Shown: positions 48,687-60,046, counted from the stretch's first letter. The stretch is 64,000 nt of DNA from an uncultured bacterium (GCA_945829425.1 CALZUQ010000007.1:2077-66076), one strand, 5' to 3'. Program-made: numbers and translations. Notes: generated by a model from the letters alone, not told the origin.

Positions 48687-51600
48687 TTAGAACGAAACGT
48701 TAAGTCCGAAGGTGAATGATGTAGGAGCAGGATAACGTCCGTTGTCAAGTCCGTAAACATTCTTGCTTGCTGTAGAAGCACCGATTTCCGGGTCGTATCC
48801 GTCGTAGCCTGTTATGGTGAGCAGGTTTGTGGCGTTGAGCGTCAGACGGAGGTTTGTAAGACCGAGACGGCTGATGAGCTTCTTGTCGAAGGTATAGCCG
48901 AGGGTGATGCTCTTCAGACGTACGTAGCTGCCGTTCTCTATGAAGCGGTCGCTCCATGCGTCGTTGTCGTTAGGGTCGTTTATAGAAGCGCGCGGGTAGA
49001 GAGCGTCAGGGTTTGATACGATGACGTTAGAGATGTCGTAAACCCAGTTGTCGCTCTTGGTGCCGTTCTTCGGTGCGAGCAGTGCGTGTCCTCCACAGTC
49101 GGCGAGCTGGTTCTGCCATGCAGAGTTCATGTGTGTGAGCTTCATCTTCATATAGTTACCGATCTTGTTGCCTATCGAACCGTTTATGAAGAGAGTAAGG
49201 TCGAAGTTCTTGTAGCGGAAGGTGTTGTTCCAGCCGAATGTCCACTTCGGCATTGGCGAGCCGATCTTTGTCTTGTCGTTCTCGTCGATGATGCCGTCAC
49301 CGTTGACGTCGACGTACTTCACGTCACCAACGTATGTCGTGGTCTTAGGGTTATAGTCGCCAGGATTTGTGCTCCATGACTTTGTCCCGTCGGCGTTTGT
49401 CACTATCGGGTTGCTCTTTGTCAGGGTGTTCACCGGCGAGTTGAGTATGTCCTCGAAGCTTGTGTACACGCCGTCGGTCTTATATCCGTAGAATGAGTAC
49501 AGTTGCTCACCTTCTGCCGAACGTGTAACCACGTCGGTCCACTGTCCGTTGCCTACGAGAGCCACGCCTCCGGCAAGGCTCTTCACCTTGTTGCTGTTGT
49601 GGGAGAAGTTGATGTCTGTGTCCCAGGAGAAGTCCTTGGTATGTATCGGGTGGGCTGTTACGGTAAGCTCAATACCTGAGTTCTCAATGTCGCCGTAGTT
49701 ACCCCAAGGTGCTGCGAGAGCTGACGAGCCGTTGCCGCCGGTACCCATTATTGAAGGCAATGTTAGCGGCATGAGCATGTCCTTTGACATCTTCTTGTAC
49801 CAGTCGACAGTGAAGCCGAGGTCGCCGTTGAAGAATCCGAGGTCAAGACCGATGTTCCACTGCTCCTGTGTCTCCCACTGTATGTCGAGGTTTGCCATGT
49901 TCGCCGGACGGTAGGACATGCCGAGAGCGGTGTCCATGGTAGACATTGCCGAGCCCCACTTATAGCTGCCTATGCTGGCGTTGCCTGTCTGACCCCATCC
50001 TAAGCGGAGCTTGCCGTTTGAGAGCCATTCTACGTCCTTGAGGAACGCCTCGTTGTTGAAGCGCCATGCGAGGGCTACAGAGTGGAAAGGAGCCCAACGC
50101 TTGTTAGGACCGAAGTTGGAGCTGCCGTCGTAACGGAATGTATAGGTAGCGAGGTAACGGTCGTCGTAGTTGTATGTCTCACGTGTGAAGAACGAAGCCA
50201 TGGCAGAAGAGCCAAAGCCGGAACCGATCTCCGCCTTGCCCGAACCGAGTGAAGGATTGTGGACAGCGTCACTTGGAAGACCTGTGTTGGAGACGGATAC
50301 GTAGTCGTATTTGCTCTCCCAGCACTCCTGACCGAGCATGGCTGTTATGGAGTGCTTGCCAAACTTCTCGTTCCAGGTAAGGTAGTTCTTGAGGGTCCAG
50401 TATGTCGATGAGTTCTTCTGTATGCGTCCGTTGTTGTTGTCGCGAACCCATGTTCCGAGGTCTACCTTCGGCTCGTATGTAGAACCCTTCGACCATGAGA
50501 GGTCCCAACCAAGTTCTGCGTGCCATACGAGATTTTTCAGGAAGCTCACCTCGGCGAATATCGAGCCGTTGAGTTTCTGACGGTCGAGGAGTATCTCGTT
50601 GAGCATAGCCATGGCGATAGGGTTAGGATTGGTAAATCCTTCTTTCGAGACGCTTGAATATCCACCGTCGATATTGTATATCTGAATGTCCGGAGGAGTG
50701 ATGAGCGAGTAGTTTATGATACCCTCGTCAGAGTCTGCGAGCTTCAGGTCGTCTGAAGTAGAAGAGTAAGAAGCGTTGAGACCGAGCTTGAGCCATGACT
50801 TCAGCTGAGCGTCGAGGTTGGCACGCAATCCGTAGCGCTGGAAGTTGGAGCCTATGATGGTACCTTCCTGGTTCATGAAGTTTCCGGAAACATAGTACTG
50901 CACCTTGTCTGTGCCGCCCTGTGCTGAAACCTGATGGTTGTGCTGCCATGCCGTGCGGAAGATGGCGTCCTGCCAGTTTGTTCCTATGCCGAGTACGGAA
51001 GGGTCGGAATACATAGGGTCGGCGCTGTTCTGACTTATCTCATACTGGTCGACAAGAGTGTTGTAATATGTAGCGAACTCACGCAGGTTCATCATGTCGA
51101 GACGCTTCATCTGACGTGACATCGTGACGGAGCCGTCGTATGTGAACTTCGCCTCTCCGCTCTTACCACGCTTGGTGGTGATGAGGACAACGCCGTTGGC
51201 ACCCTGTGCGCCGTAGATTGCCGTAGCAGAAGCATCCTTGAGGATTTCCATGCTCACGATGTCGGCAGGGTTGATAGTAGCGAGAGGAGAAACGGTTGAC
51301 ACGGAGCCGTTGCCGAGACGGTCGCCGAGTCCGAGGTCTGCACCACTCTGTGCGCTGCCCTGGAAGATAACACCGTCGACAACATAGAGAGGCTCGGCGC
51401 CGGCATTGATAGTAGCCTGACCGCGTACACGTATCGACTGGCTGGCACCCGGCGCACCTGATGTGGCGAAAGATGTCACACCTGCCACACGTCCCTGGAA
51501 CGCCTGGTCGATGTTGGTGATATTGCCCTCTTTGAGAGCCTTGTCGTCAAGAGTCGTTGAAGCTCCGGCGAGGTCAGAACGTTTCATCTTACCGTATCCG

Positions 51601-51932
51601 ACAACGACAGTCTCTTCAAGCATCTGCGCATCAGCCTTGAGGACAACGTTAACCTGCGTGCGTCCTGCAAGTTTTACATCCTGAGGCTGATAGCCTACAA
51701 ACGAGATACTCAGCGTAGCATTGGCGTTCTTCACCTTCAGCTGGAACTTTCCGTCCATGTCTGTGGCGACACCGTTCTGAGTACCTTTTTCACGCACTGT
51801 AGCGCCGAGGACAGGCCCGAACTCATCACTGACAGTACCGGTAACCTGCACCTGTGCCATCATTGATGCCGAGACGAGCATGAACAGCGCGAGTAACGCA
51901 AACTTAATGCTGAAACATTTTTCAGTCTTCAT
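48687..51932 (-). CDS. SusC/RagA TonB-dependent transporter
   Basis: EETVVVGYG, KDASATAIYGAQGANGVVLITTK, C-terminal YP..SFTFGLNVSF. Confidence 0.98.
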   Translation of the reverse strand: MKTEKCFSIKFALLALFMLVSASMMAQVQVTGTVSDEFGPVLGATVREKGTQNGVATDMDGKFQLKVKNANATLSISFVGYQPQDVKLAGRTQVNVVLKADAQMLEETVVVGYGKMKRSDLAGASTTLDDKALKEGNITNIDQAFQGRVAGVTSFATSGAPGASQSIRVRGQATINAGAEPLYVVDGVIFQGSAQSGADLGLGDRLGNGSVSTVSPLATINPADIVSMEILKDASATAIYGAQGANGVVLITTKRGKSGEAKFTYDGSVTMSRQMKRLDMMNLREFATYYNTLVDQYEISQNSADPMYSDPSVLGIGTNWQDAIFRTAWQHNHQVSAQGGTDKVQYYVSGNFMNQEGTIIGSNFQRYGLRANLDAQLKSWLKLGLNASYSSTSDDLKLADSDEGIINYSLITPPDIQIYNIDGGYSSVSKEGFTNPNPIAMAMLNEILLDRQKLNGSIFAEVSFLKNLVWHAELGWDLSWSKGSTYEPKVDLGTWVRDNNNGRIQKNSSTYWTLKNYLTWNEKFGKHSITAMLGQECWESKYDYVSVSNTGLPSDAVHNPSLGSGKAEIGSGFGSSAMASFFTRETYNYDDRYLATYTFRYDGSSNFGPNKRWAPFHSVALAWRFNNEAFLKDVEWLSNGKLRLGWGQTGNASIGSYKWGSAMSTMDTALGMSYRPANMANLDIQWETQEQWNIGLDLGFFNGDLGFTVDWYKKMSKDMLMPLTLPSIMGTGGNGSSALAAPWGNYGDIENSGIELTVTAHPIHTKDFSWDTDINFSHNSNKVKSLAGGVALVGNGQWTDVVTRSAEGEQLYSFYGYKTDGVYTSFEDILNSPVNTLTKSNPIVTNADGTKSWSTNPGDYNPKTTTYVGDVKYVDVNGDGIIDENDKTKIGSPMPKWTFGWNNTFRYKNFDLTLFINGSIGNKIGNYMKMKLTHMNSAWQNQLADCGGHALLAPKNGTKSDNWVYDISNVIVSNPDALYPRASINDPNDNDAWSDRFIENGSYVRLKSITLGYTFDKKLISRLGLTNLRLTLNATNLLTITGYDGYDPEIGASTASKNVYGLDNGRYPAPTSFTFGLNVSF

Positions 51933-52294
51933 AGCGTAAAAAAGTTTTAGTTAGTGATTATTATTATTTGAAAATTAAATCTGGGGGGATTATTCATTTA
52001 GACAGAGACTATGTGCTGTGACAGGGACAGTGGCTTCTAAATGATAGTCTTTTGCAAACGAGTATTTTTCTTCTACACGCCAATTCCTCCGGAGATACTT
52101 TTTGTATCAACAACGGTCATAGGCGTATGGTTTTTTGCACGGCTCACGGGGGAGTGTCCATTTGTAAGTTTTAGTGCATATCTGGTTTTAGGGTTTGTTT
52201 TTAGGTCTCTATGTTATAATAATATGAAAGGTTAATGGCAAACGTTAGTAGTCGTTTTACTGTTGTTTTTCAGCCAACCATAATTTCTTGGGTG

Positions 52295-52302
52295 CAAAAT
52301 TA
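52295..52302 (-). promoter_or_regulatory. Candidate -7 element for the PUL susC (~360-nt leader)
   Basis: TAATTTTG on the minus strand; no consensus -33 at 19-21 nt. Confidence 0.55.
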
Positions 52303-52420
52303 CGGCAAAAAACGCAAACGCTAACATATTATCTTATCAGGGAATGATACTTTTTTGTATTTATTAAAAAACGTGTGTTAAATGTGATGTTTTTTACGAA
52401 AAGGATTGAATGAAAGAAGG

Positions 52421-52495
52421 TTCAAAGCCATTACTTTTCTCTTTCAAAGCATAAATTTTCTCTTTCAATGCCACTACTTTTTTCTTTCAAATCAG
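52421..52495. repeat. Three to four 21-22-bp units with a TTTCAA core
   Basis: ttcaaagccattacttttctct / ttcaaagcataaattttctct / ttcaatgccactacttttttct / ttcaaatcag. Confidence 0.75.
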
Positions 52496-52551
52496 CGGAA
52501 TTTTATTTTTTTGCGCTATATTTTTTTCTTTCAAAGCGGAAGAATTCTTCG

Positions 52552-52653
52552 TTCCAAGACTTGGGATGTAATTTCCAAGCTTTGGAACGAAGATTTAATG
52601 CCTGAAAAAAGAAATATCTATAGCGGGTAAAAGGAGTTTTCCAAGCTATGGAA
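52552..52653. repeat. Three imperfect palindromes TTCCAAGnn(T/A)TGG(A/G)A
   Basis: ttccaagacttggga (52552), ttccaagctttggaa (52573), ttccaagctatggaa (52639). Confidence 0.75.
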
Positions 52654-52681
52654 AAGAAGAACATTTTAGGAGATACGCCGG

Positions 52682-54403
52682 CTATTTCAACCATCCGAGC
52701 AACGCCACGAGATATGCGTTCCAGTTTATGGCTATCTCGTTTGAGGCATAGCTGCCCACATGGTCCTGATATGCCTCGTCGGGAGAGTCGGAAGGATATG
52801 GCGGCACATACTCCGCATCCTGCTTGCCGCTGTTCGCACCTCCGGCGAGGAAGCCCGGCAGCGGGTCTTTCACTCCGTCGGCGGCGGAGATACGCTGGTG
52901 GGGGTTCATGACCCTCTGCGTTCCGAAGCCGGTGACATAGCAATAGCCGGTGGCGTTACGCCCGAAGAGATGGTCGGCGGATGTCATGGCAGCCTTGCGG
53001 TATCTGTCGTCCTTTGAAAGGGCATACTGGTACATCAGGGTTATGCCACGCCCGGCACACATCTCGGAGTTGCTGCCCCAGACAAAGTCTTCTGCCTTGT
53101 TGCCGAACACCGAGCAGAAAGCCGAGGAGCGCAACGCCTCAAGGTCATTGTCGCAGAAGGCTTTCATCGACTCTTTCAATGCGCTGATGTCCATAGCCTT
53201 GGCATCGGCACTGCCAAGGAGCTCCTGATTCATCCATTGCATGATGCCGAGGGCTCCCACATCGCCCCACACGGGCAGGGTATATTTCTCCGGCATGAAC
53301 TGCCGTGCCTGCTGGAGATATGCGTTCTCGTGCGTTGCGAGAAACAGCTCCGTGGCAGCCCAGAAGAACTCGTCGGAAGGGTCGTTGTCATCATACATGC
53401 CTGTAAAAACGTCAGGGTCGTATTTCTCGTTGTTCCCCGGCTGGTCGTAAATCACAGAAGGATTTCTCACGGCCCACGCATAGGCTCTCTCCGCAGCCGG
53501 GAGAGCCTCTTTGCAGAACTCCGCATACTGTGGCAGTTCACCATAGACACGCACAGCGAGGGCGAGGGTAGCAGCGAAGTCAAGAGCCGCCTGAGTGCTC
53601 TTCTGTACGACATATCTCTGCTGACGACACTCCGTCGGCATCACGAAGCCCTCGAAGTTTGGTGTCGTGAGCTTATGATATACGCCGCCGTCGTAAGGGT
53701 CCTGCATGGTGAGCATCCATCTTATGTTATACATCACCTCGTCGAGAATGTCTGCCACGCCGTTGCCTGACTCCGGGATATTCACGTCCATAGCGTCGAA
53801 ATAGGCTTTGTTCATCTGGTACGACTGAAGCATTACGCCTATCGTGAAGGCGGAATTGACAATGTATTTGTTGTAGTCGCCGGCGTCATACCATCCAAGA
53901 GGTGAGGAGATAATCGTTCCGGCAGGACGGAGGGGAGAGGCTGCCGAGGGATGCACCATGACCTTGTCGTCAGGGTGTGCAGCACTTCGGGCATACGCTC
54001 CGGCATAACGTGCCTCAATGTCCATTGCCGTACGCTGGAGGTAGAAAGCCTTCAGCGCAGCCTTCGAAACGCCGGTATAAGGTGAGTCGCTTATGACAAC
54101 CTTCTGCTTCACACGCCCTCCCGACAGTGTATACACACCAGGGGCAGTGACCTGGGAGAAGTCTATGACACGGCGCACCTTGTCGTTGAACGGCGACTTC
54201 ACCGAGCGTGTGGCTGCTCCGCTCCACACCGTCTTGCCTTTCGCGTCTTTCAGTGTGAAGGTAGAGGCTTTAAGCGAAGGCTCTACGACGGCCACCTTGC
54301 TCTCGTTAGTATAATAACCTATCTGGTTTACCTTTATAGCGTTCTGCGCCGATGCAGAAAACGTCATGGCAGAGAACAGCGCAACGAAAAAACCTTTCTT
54401 CAT
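52682..54403 (-). CDS. GH9 endoglucanase with N-terminal Ig-like domain
   Basis: NQIGY, GWYDAGDY, HQRIS, PLPGFLAGG, YQDHVGSYASNEIAINWNA. Confidence 0.96.
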   Translation of the reverse strand: MKKGFFVALFSAMTFSASAQNAIKVNQIGYYTNESKVAVVEPSLKASTFTLKDAKGKTVWSGAATRSVKSPFNDKVRRVIDFSQVTAPGVYTLSGGRVKQKVVISDSPYTGVSKAALKAFYLQRTAMDIEARYAGAYARSAAHPDDKVMVHPSAASPLRPAGTIISSPLGWYDAGDYNKYIVNSAFTIGVMLQSYQMNKAYFDAMDVNIPESGNGVADILDEVMYNIRWMLTMQDPYDGGVYHKLTTPNFEGFVMPTECRQQRYVVQKSTQAALDFAATLALAVRVYGELPQYAEFCKEALPAAERAYAWAVRNPSVIYDQPGNNEKYDPDVFTGMYDDNDPSDEFFWAATELFLATHENAYLQQARQFMPEKYTLPVWGDVGALGIMQWMNQELLGSADAKAMDISALKESMKAFCDNDLEALRSSAFCSVFGNKAEDFVWGSNSEMCAGRGITLMYQYALSKDDRYRKAAMTSADHLFGRNATGYCYVTGFGTQRVMNPHQRISAADGVKDPLPGFLAGGANSGKQDAEYVPPYPSDSPDEAYQDHVGSYASNEIAINWNAYLVALLGWLK

Positions 54404-54422
54404 TTCTCTTTTTTTACACGTT

Positions 54423-56918
54423 TTACATCACAACCTCTACCTCATGCTCGCCATGAGCTGCCTTTATGGCATTGCCCTCTATGGCTTTTCCGTCCACGGT
54501 GACTCTGCTCACACCCCTTTCCTTTCCGTCTGGGTTCTTCACTGTGATGTTGAACACCGTGTCGCGGAGGACGCGTCTTACCTTATACTCTTTCAGCGAG
54601 GAAGGTATGCAAGGATCTATCTCCAGTCCGTCGTAGGTAGGCTTTATGCCGAGGATATACTGCGTAATGGTGTACCAGTTCCATGCCGCCGTGCCCGTAA
54701 GCCAAGAGTTCTTGCCCTCACCGGGCTTCGCAGCGTCTTTTCCTGCCACCATCTGACAGTATACATACGGCTCTACCTTATGCAGCTTCTGGTCTGTAAT
54801 CCAGGCAGGACAAATCTTGGTATAATGCTCCCAAGCGTCGTTGCCGCGTCCCGCCACGGTCTCTCCGATAATCACCCACGGGTTGTTATGGCAGAATATT
54901 CCGGCATTCTCTTTATATCCCGCCGGATAGGACGATATCTCACCCATCCCAACATGGTATGTGGTGTATGCGGGGTTGTTCAACACCATGCCATGCTCGC
55001 AGTCGAGGTATTTCTTGCATGCGTCAAGAGCCTTGTCTACCATGCCTTCCTCAAGGCCTATGCCTGCCATGGTGCAGAAGCCTTGCGACTCGATGAATAT
55101 CTTGCCTTCCTCGTTCTCCTGCGAGCCGATCTTATTACCGTAGAAGTCGTATGCCCTGAGATACCATTCGCCGTCCCAGCCATGACGTTTCACTGCCTCA
55201 ACCATTTTGTCTATGTAACGCTGTGCACGTGCCGCTTCTTCTCCGAAGCCTTCCACCTGGCGGCATAGCTCTACATACTGCTTTCCGCAGAACACGAAGA
55301 GTCCGGCAATCATAAGCGACTCTGCCTTAGAGCCTTCGGAGTTGTTCTCCGTCGTCTGGAACGACTCATTAGGGTCCCAGGAGAAGCAGTTGAGGTTCAG
55401 ACAGTCGTTCCAGTCGGCACGTCCTATGAGCGGCAGGGCGTGGGGTCCGAGGTTCTCCACGACGTGGTTGAAAGAGATGCGGAGGTGTTCCATGAGTGTC
55501 ACCTCTGTTCCCGGCTCGTTGTCCCACGGCACCATCTCGTCGAGGATGGAGAAGTCACCGGTCTCTTTGACGTATGCCACAGTGCCGAAGATGAGCCACA
55601 TAGGGTCGTCGTTAAATCCTCCGCCGATATCGTTGTTGCCGCGCTTTGTCAGAGGCTGATACTGGTGGTAACAGCCGCCGTCAGGGAATTGTGTCGAAGC
55701 GATGTCTATGATGCGCTGACGTGCTCGGCTCGGCACCTGGTGTACGAAGCCTACAAGGTCTTGGTTGGAGTCACGGAAGCCCATGCCACGGCCTACGCCA
55801 CTCTCGAAGAACGACGCAGAGCGTGAGAAGTTGAACGTAATCATACACTGGTACTGATTCCAGATATTCACCATACGGTCCAGACGCTCGTCGCCGGAAG
55901 TGAGGACGAACTTGTCGAGGAGGGCATCCCAAGAGGCGTGCAACTCGGCAAAGGCGTTGTCGACAGCCTCTACGGTAGAGAAGCGGGCTATCGTCTCACG
56001 CGCCTTGGATTTGTTGACAAGTGTAACGTCAGACGCCTGTGAGGTGATAAGCTCTCCACGGCGTTTGCGCTCTATGTCCTCCACAGAGAATTTCTCTTCT
56101 CTCTCATTCTCTGCATATCCCAGGAGGAAGATATAGTCTTTGCTCTCTCCGGCTTCGAGGGTCACCTCAAGGTAGTGGGAGGCTATGGGGCTCCAGCCGT
56201 GTGCCAAGGAGTTGGCGGCCTTGCCTTCCATGACACGCTGTGGGTCGGCAAACTCGTTATACAGTCCTATGAATGTCTCACGGTCAGTGTCATATCCGTC
56301 AATCGTGGCATTCGTGACAGCATAGTATGCGTAATGATTTCGGCGTTCCTTATATTCGGTCTTGTGATATATCGTTGAGCCGTCAATCTCCACCTCGCCG
56401 GTCGACCAGTTACGCTGGAAGTTCTCCATGTCTGTCGCTGCGTTCCATAGACACCATTCGGCGAGGGAGAAGAGCTTCAAGGTTTTCTTCCCGTCGGTGG
56501 TGTTCGTAAGCGTGACTTTCTGCACCTCTGCCCATGTCTTCAACGGGACGAAGAAGAGCACGCTGGCTTCTATGCCGTCCTTACGCCCGGTTATGCGGGT
56601 GTAGTTCATGCCGTGGCGGCACTCATAGAAGTCAAGAGGTGTCTTACACGGTTTCCACCCGGGGTTCCATACCGTGCCATGGTCGTTGATATAGAAATAC
56701 CTTCCGCCGTTATCCATAGGTACGCCGTTGTAGCGGTAGCGTGTTATGCGGCGGAACTTGGCGTCCTTATAGAAGTTATATCCTCCCGCCGTATTGCTTA
56801 TAAGGCCGAAGAAATCCTCGTTGCCGAGATAGTTAATCCACGGAAAGGGTGTTGCAGGATTGGTGATGACATACTCTCGTGCAGCATCGTCAAAATATCC
56901 GAAAGAGTTCTGTTCCAT
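54423..56918 (-). CDS. GH94 cellobiose/cellodextrin phosphorylase
   Basis: [11 protein letters not shown] start (56918); [43 protein letters not shown]. Confidence 0.95.
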   Translation of the reverse strand: MEQNSFGYFDDAAREYVITNPATPFPWINYLGNEDFFGLISNTAGGYNFYKDAKFRRITRYRYNGVPMDNGGRYFYINDHGTVWNPGWKPCKTPLDFYECRHGMNYTRITGRKDGIEASVLFFVPLKTWAEVQKVTLTNTTDGKKTLKLFSLAEWCLWNAATDMENFQRNWSTGEVEIDGSTIYHKTEYKERRNHYAYYAVTNATIDGYDTDRETFIGLYNEFADPQRVMEGKAANSLAHGWSPIASHYLEVTLEAGESKDYIFLLGYAENEREEKFSVEDIERKRRGELITSQASDVTLVNKSKARETIARFSTVEAVDNAFAELHASWDALLDKFVLTSGDERLDRMVNIWNQYQCMITFNFSRSASFFESGVGRGMGFRDSNQDLVGFVHQVPSRARQRIIDIASTQFPDGGCYHQYQPLTKRGNNDIGGGFNDDPMWLIFGTVAYVKETGDFSILDEMVPWDNEPGTEVTLMEHLRISFNHVVENLGPHALPLIGRADWNDCLNLNCFSWDPNESFQTTENNSEGSKAESLMIAGLFVFCGKQYVELCRQVEGFGEEAARAQRYIDKMVEAVKRHGWDGEWYLRAYDFYGNKIGSQENEEGKIFIESQGFCTMAGIGLEEGMVDKALDACKKYLDCEHGMVLNNPAYTTYHVGMGEISSYPAGYKENAGIFCHNNPWVIIGETVAGRGNDAWEHYTKICPAWITDQKLHKVEPYVYCQMVAGKDAAKPGEGKNSWLTGTAAWNWYTITQYILGIKPTYDGLEIDPCIPSSLKEYKVRRVLRDTVFNITVKNPDGKERGVSRVTVDGKAIEGNAIKAAHGEHEVEVVM

Positions 56919-57065
56919 TGTTCTTTTGTGTGTTAAAGTGGAGTTTGCTTGACTAATCCCTTTTTCCTTTGGGCATGTAGAACAAGGCTTCCACCGTAAT
57001 AATATAAAATGTGTTGTCAAGTAGGTGTAATCAACGTGTTTGGTTAGGAATTCATTGAACGCGCA

Positions 57066-58409
57066 TTATTCCTCTACGCCGAGTTTCCTAAGCAGGAAAG
57101 CCTGCCACTCGTCCCATTGTTCCTGATACCAGAAATGTGCCGTCTGCTGGTATGGCGAGAAGACTTTCTCTCCTCCCGCTACGTTGTATGTGGCGTAGGC
57201 CGTGGTCGGCGGCACGACATTGTCGTTATATCCGAAGCTGAAATAGCCGGGGACAGTGATGCGGCGGGCGAAATTCACGCCGTCGTAATATCTCGCCTGC
57301 TCAACGACAGACATATTGACATCCTTGCGTGGCTGCTGCTTCGCTTCGTCGTAGAAATAATGCGGCCAACCACAGGCTACGCCTTTCAGCGCAGCTTCAT
57401 AGTCGCACATGGCAGCATGTATCGGGGCATAACAGCTGACGCGCTTGTCAAGAGCTGTCGTGGCGAGTGTCAGGAAACCGCCCTGCGAACTGCCTGTCAC
57501 GGCGAGATTCTTGCCATCCCAGGTAGCAGGGAGGGCTGTAGGACTTGCAGCATTAGTATTCGCGCCGAGAGAGGCTATGAAGTCTATTGCTCTGACGCAT
57601 CCTGTCACCACGTGCTTATAGTAGTTGCACTCGCGGTTATACACTCCGTTGAGCCAATACTGTGCAAGGGCTGCCGACGAGAGGTTGTCGTAAAACTCCT
57701 GGGGCTTGGTGACGGGAACGCCATGAATGCCAATCTCTAATACTATGACACCTTTACGCGCTGTCCATGCGTCACCGCCGTAAGGCCTCACTCCTGCCCC
57801 TGGCACTCGCAGCATTGCGGGATATTTTCCCGGTTTCGTCGGCACGTTGAGTATGCCGTAGACTCTCCTGCCCCATCTGTCGTTCTGGAAAGAGACGTGA
57901 TAAGTGTTCACCTCTTGCGACGATCGCTCAGGAAGGAACTCGAACGTTGGCTCTAAGGAAGTATGTCGGGCTTCTTCAAGTGCCTTCGTCCAGAAAGCGT
58001 CGAAGTCTGCGGGACATTGTGTCGTAGGCTGGAGCTTCTCAGGAGACACGGCGGCTGAACACCATGCCTCATAGTCTTTGCCTCCGGCATGTGCCGTAAC
58101 CTTCAGCTTGTAGAAGCCGGGGGTCTTCATCTTGCCGGTGATTTTCGTCGTGCCGGTTTTCAGCGTCATGTCTTTCTTCACCTCCGGGTACATCTCTGGT
58201 CCCATTTCATAGCTGATCTCGGCGTTGTCGAGGAGGGTGCCGGACTTCAGCACACATACCGTAAATTCTATTTTTTCGCCGACGGAGTATTTCCAGTCCT
58301 TATGGTCCGGTGTGACCGTCACTGTGATGTTCTTGCCTCTGATTTGTGCAGTAACGCCCGCAGGGATTATCGCCATGGCTATGACGAGGAGCATTAATAT
58401 CTTTCTCAT
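57066..58409 (-). CDS. CE7-like acetyl esterase
   Basis: Signal peptide; VPGAG, GSSQGG nucleophile motif, DNVVPP, HW. Confidence 0.88.
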   Translation of the reverse strand: MRKILMLLVIAMAIIPAGVTAQIRGKNITVTVTPDHKDWKYSVGEKIEFTVCVLKSGTLLDNAEISYEMGPEMYPEVKKDMTLKTGTTKITGKMKTPGFYKLKVTAHAGGKDYEAWCSAAVSPEKLQPTTQCPADFDAFWTKALEEARHTSLEPTFEFLPERSSQEVNTYHVSFQNDRWGRRVYGILNVPTKPGKYPAMLRVPGAGVRPYGGDAWTARKGVIVLEIGIHGVPVTKPQEFYDNLSSAALAQYWLNGVYNRECNYYKHVVTGCVRAIDFIASLGANTNAASPTALPATWDGKNLAVTGSSQGGFLTLATTALDKRVSCYAPIHAAMCDYEAALKGVACGWPHYFYDEAKQQPRKDVNMSVVEQARYYDGVNFARRITVPGYFSFGYNDNVVPPTTAYATYNVAGGEKVFSPYQQTAHFWYQEQWDEWQAFLLRKLGVEE

Positions 58410-58466
58410 TGCTGTATATAAATATTAGGTGTAGTTATAAAAAAGTAATCTAAGTTACCGCTGTCA

Positions 58467-59873
58467 TTATCGTTTCAGTGTTTCCGCAAACTCGCGTATC
58501 ACGTTGAGTGTCGTGGTGTCAGAGGCGAAGACAGAGTTTAGCCCTTGCTCTTCCTGCGCCGGGTCGCAGACATAGTCGTCCCAACGCTGCCAGATGGTAT
58601 GGCGGACATTTGCCGAACCGCCCCAACCCCAGAAATTACATCCGGCAATCTTGCCTGTGTGGTATATTACAGAGAAGACATAACGGTAGTATTCGTCGCG
58701 TCCTGACGTTGGCGAGCCAGGGGTGAAGAGGAAGCGGTCACGGGGGTAGCCGAACTCTTCAAGGACAACAGGTCGGCGGCGGAAGGTCTTCTCACCAGCC
58801 CGAGGGGTGTTGAGCACGTCATACGCCTCTTCAATATACGCCTGTGTGGAGTCGCAGGCGGCACGAACGTTTTCTACTATAGGGTCGGGCATTCCTTCAG
58901 CTATTGTCTTGTCAGCATCGTAGTTCTGGTTGAACTGTCCTATCCATCCCCAGTTGTTTGGCCAGATATGTATGCAGGCATAGTCTATGCAGGGAAGGGT
59001 GTGTATCGCACGGAAAAGCTCTGTACTTTCCTCGCAGCCGTGCTTTCCCTCTGAGCCTGTCGTGACGAGATGGTTCGGGTCTAACCCTTTAATCATGCGC
59101 GACTGACTGTCTATCCATTCCACGAACTTCGCCCTGTGGAGACTGTCGTTTATGAAACAGCGCGGCTCGTTGGCTATCTCCCACGCCATAATAGCTTTCG
59201 ACGTGCTGTACGGCTGTTGCGTGATACTGTTTACGCGTGTCACGATATTCCTCACATGATTGGCAGCAAGTCGCTTGGCCTCGTCGTTTGTTATGAAGTT
59301 CGCCACATATTGCATATACTCCCACCAACCGTCTATTGTCGGCACGGGAGTCTTGTCGAAATGCTTCATTTTGCCGGAGCCGTCAGAACTCATCACGTCA
59401 CCGCTGAAGCCTACCCAGTCAAGATATGCGCCATAGCCGCCGGACCATTCCCAGGCATTGTTGAAATACAGTACGGCACGCATGTCGCGACGTTCCAGCT
59501 CTACAAGGAGACGGTCAAGACCTGTGAGGAGCTTCTCGTCATACACTCCGGGGGCTGTCTGCAGCTTCGGTGCGATATGGCTGGGAATACTGTCACGACC
59601 GTCGCCGCCGACAAGGACGCGGACGTTGTCTACGCCGAGAGCCTTGAGGTCGTCAAGTTCTTTGGCGAGGCGAACACGGTCGCCTCCATTTCCGTCACTG
59701 GCAAGTATGGCACCATACCAGAGGTTAGTACCAACGTAGCGGTACTCCTTGCCGTTGAGGAAGAAACGACCGTCGTCGACAGTAACAAAGGGAGTGCCTT
59801 CCCTTGCCACACTCGCAGAGACGATGAAGCAAAGGAAGGTAAGTAACGTATATCTAACTAACTTAACGTGCAT
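58467..59873 (-). CDS. GH5 beta-mannanase (subfamily 7-like)
   Basis: GTNLWYG, NAWEWSGG, WEIANEPR (acid/base), HIWP, LEEFG (nucleophile). Confidence 0.92.
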   Translation of the reverse strand: MHVKLVRYTLLTFLCFIVSASVAREGTPFVTVDDGRFFLNGKEYRYVGTNLWYGAILASDGNGGDRVRLAKELDDLKALGVDNVRVLVGGDGRDSIPSHIAPKLQTAPGVYDEKLLTGLDRLLVELERRDMRAVLYFNNAWEWSGGYGAYLDWVGFSGDVMSSDGSGKMKHFDKTPVPTIDGWWEYMQYVANFITNDEAKRLAANHVRNIVTRVNSITQQPYSTSKAIMAWEIANEPRCFINDSLHRAKFVEWIDSQSRMIKGLDPNHLVTTGSEGKHGCEESTELFRAIHTLPCIDYACIHIWPNNWGWIGQFNQNYDADKTIAEGMPDPIVENVRAACDSTQAYIEEAYDVLNTPRAGEKTFRRRPVVLEEFGYPRDRFLFTPGSPTSGRDEYYRYVFSVIYHTGKIAGCNFWGWGGSANVRHTIWQRWDDYVCDPAQEEQGLNSVFASDTTTLNVIREFAETLKR

Positions 59874-59931
59874 ACTATTATCTTATTCATATTAATTCGT
59901 GCAAGATTTATCAAGTCCAGCTTTACAAAGA

Positions 59932-60046
59932 TTTCAAACGCTGTATTACATGCCTTTTCAGTAAAGTATTACTTGCCTTTCAAGTAAAGCCTTACTTGCC
60001 TTTCAACTGAAATCTTACGTTTCTTTCAAACGCTGTCTTAATGTAC
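59932..60046. repeat. Five contiguous 23-bp units with a TTTCAA core
   Basis: Units start at 59932, 59955, 59978, 60001 and 60024, e.g. tttcaagtaaagccttacttgcc; units 1 and 5 share tttcaaacgctgt. Confidence 0.88.

Noticed and set aside
56919-57020. Upstream ATG extensions in the ORF track (GH94 57020, rpsL 444, acyltransferase 29739, esterase 35873, aminopeptidase 15177)
   Set aside because: Family-typical N-termini and A-rich start contexts begin at the downstream ATGs used in the feature list.
38484-60046. 22-23-bp arrays (32910, 38484, 52421, 59932) as CRISPR arrays
   Set aside because: Units are contiguous and degenerate, with no unique spacers between repeats and no cas genes in the window.
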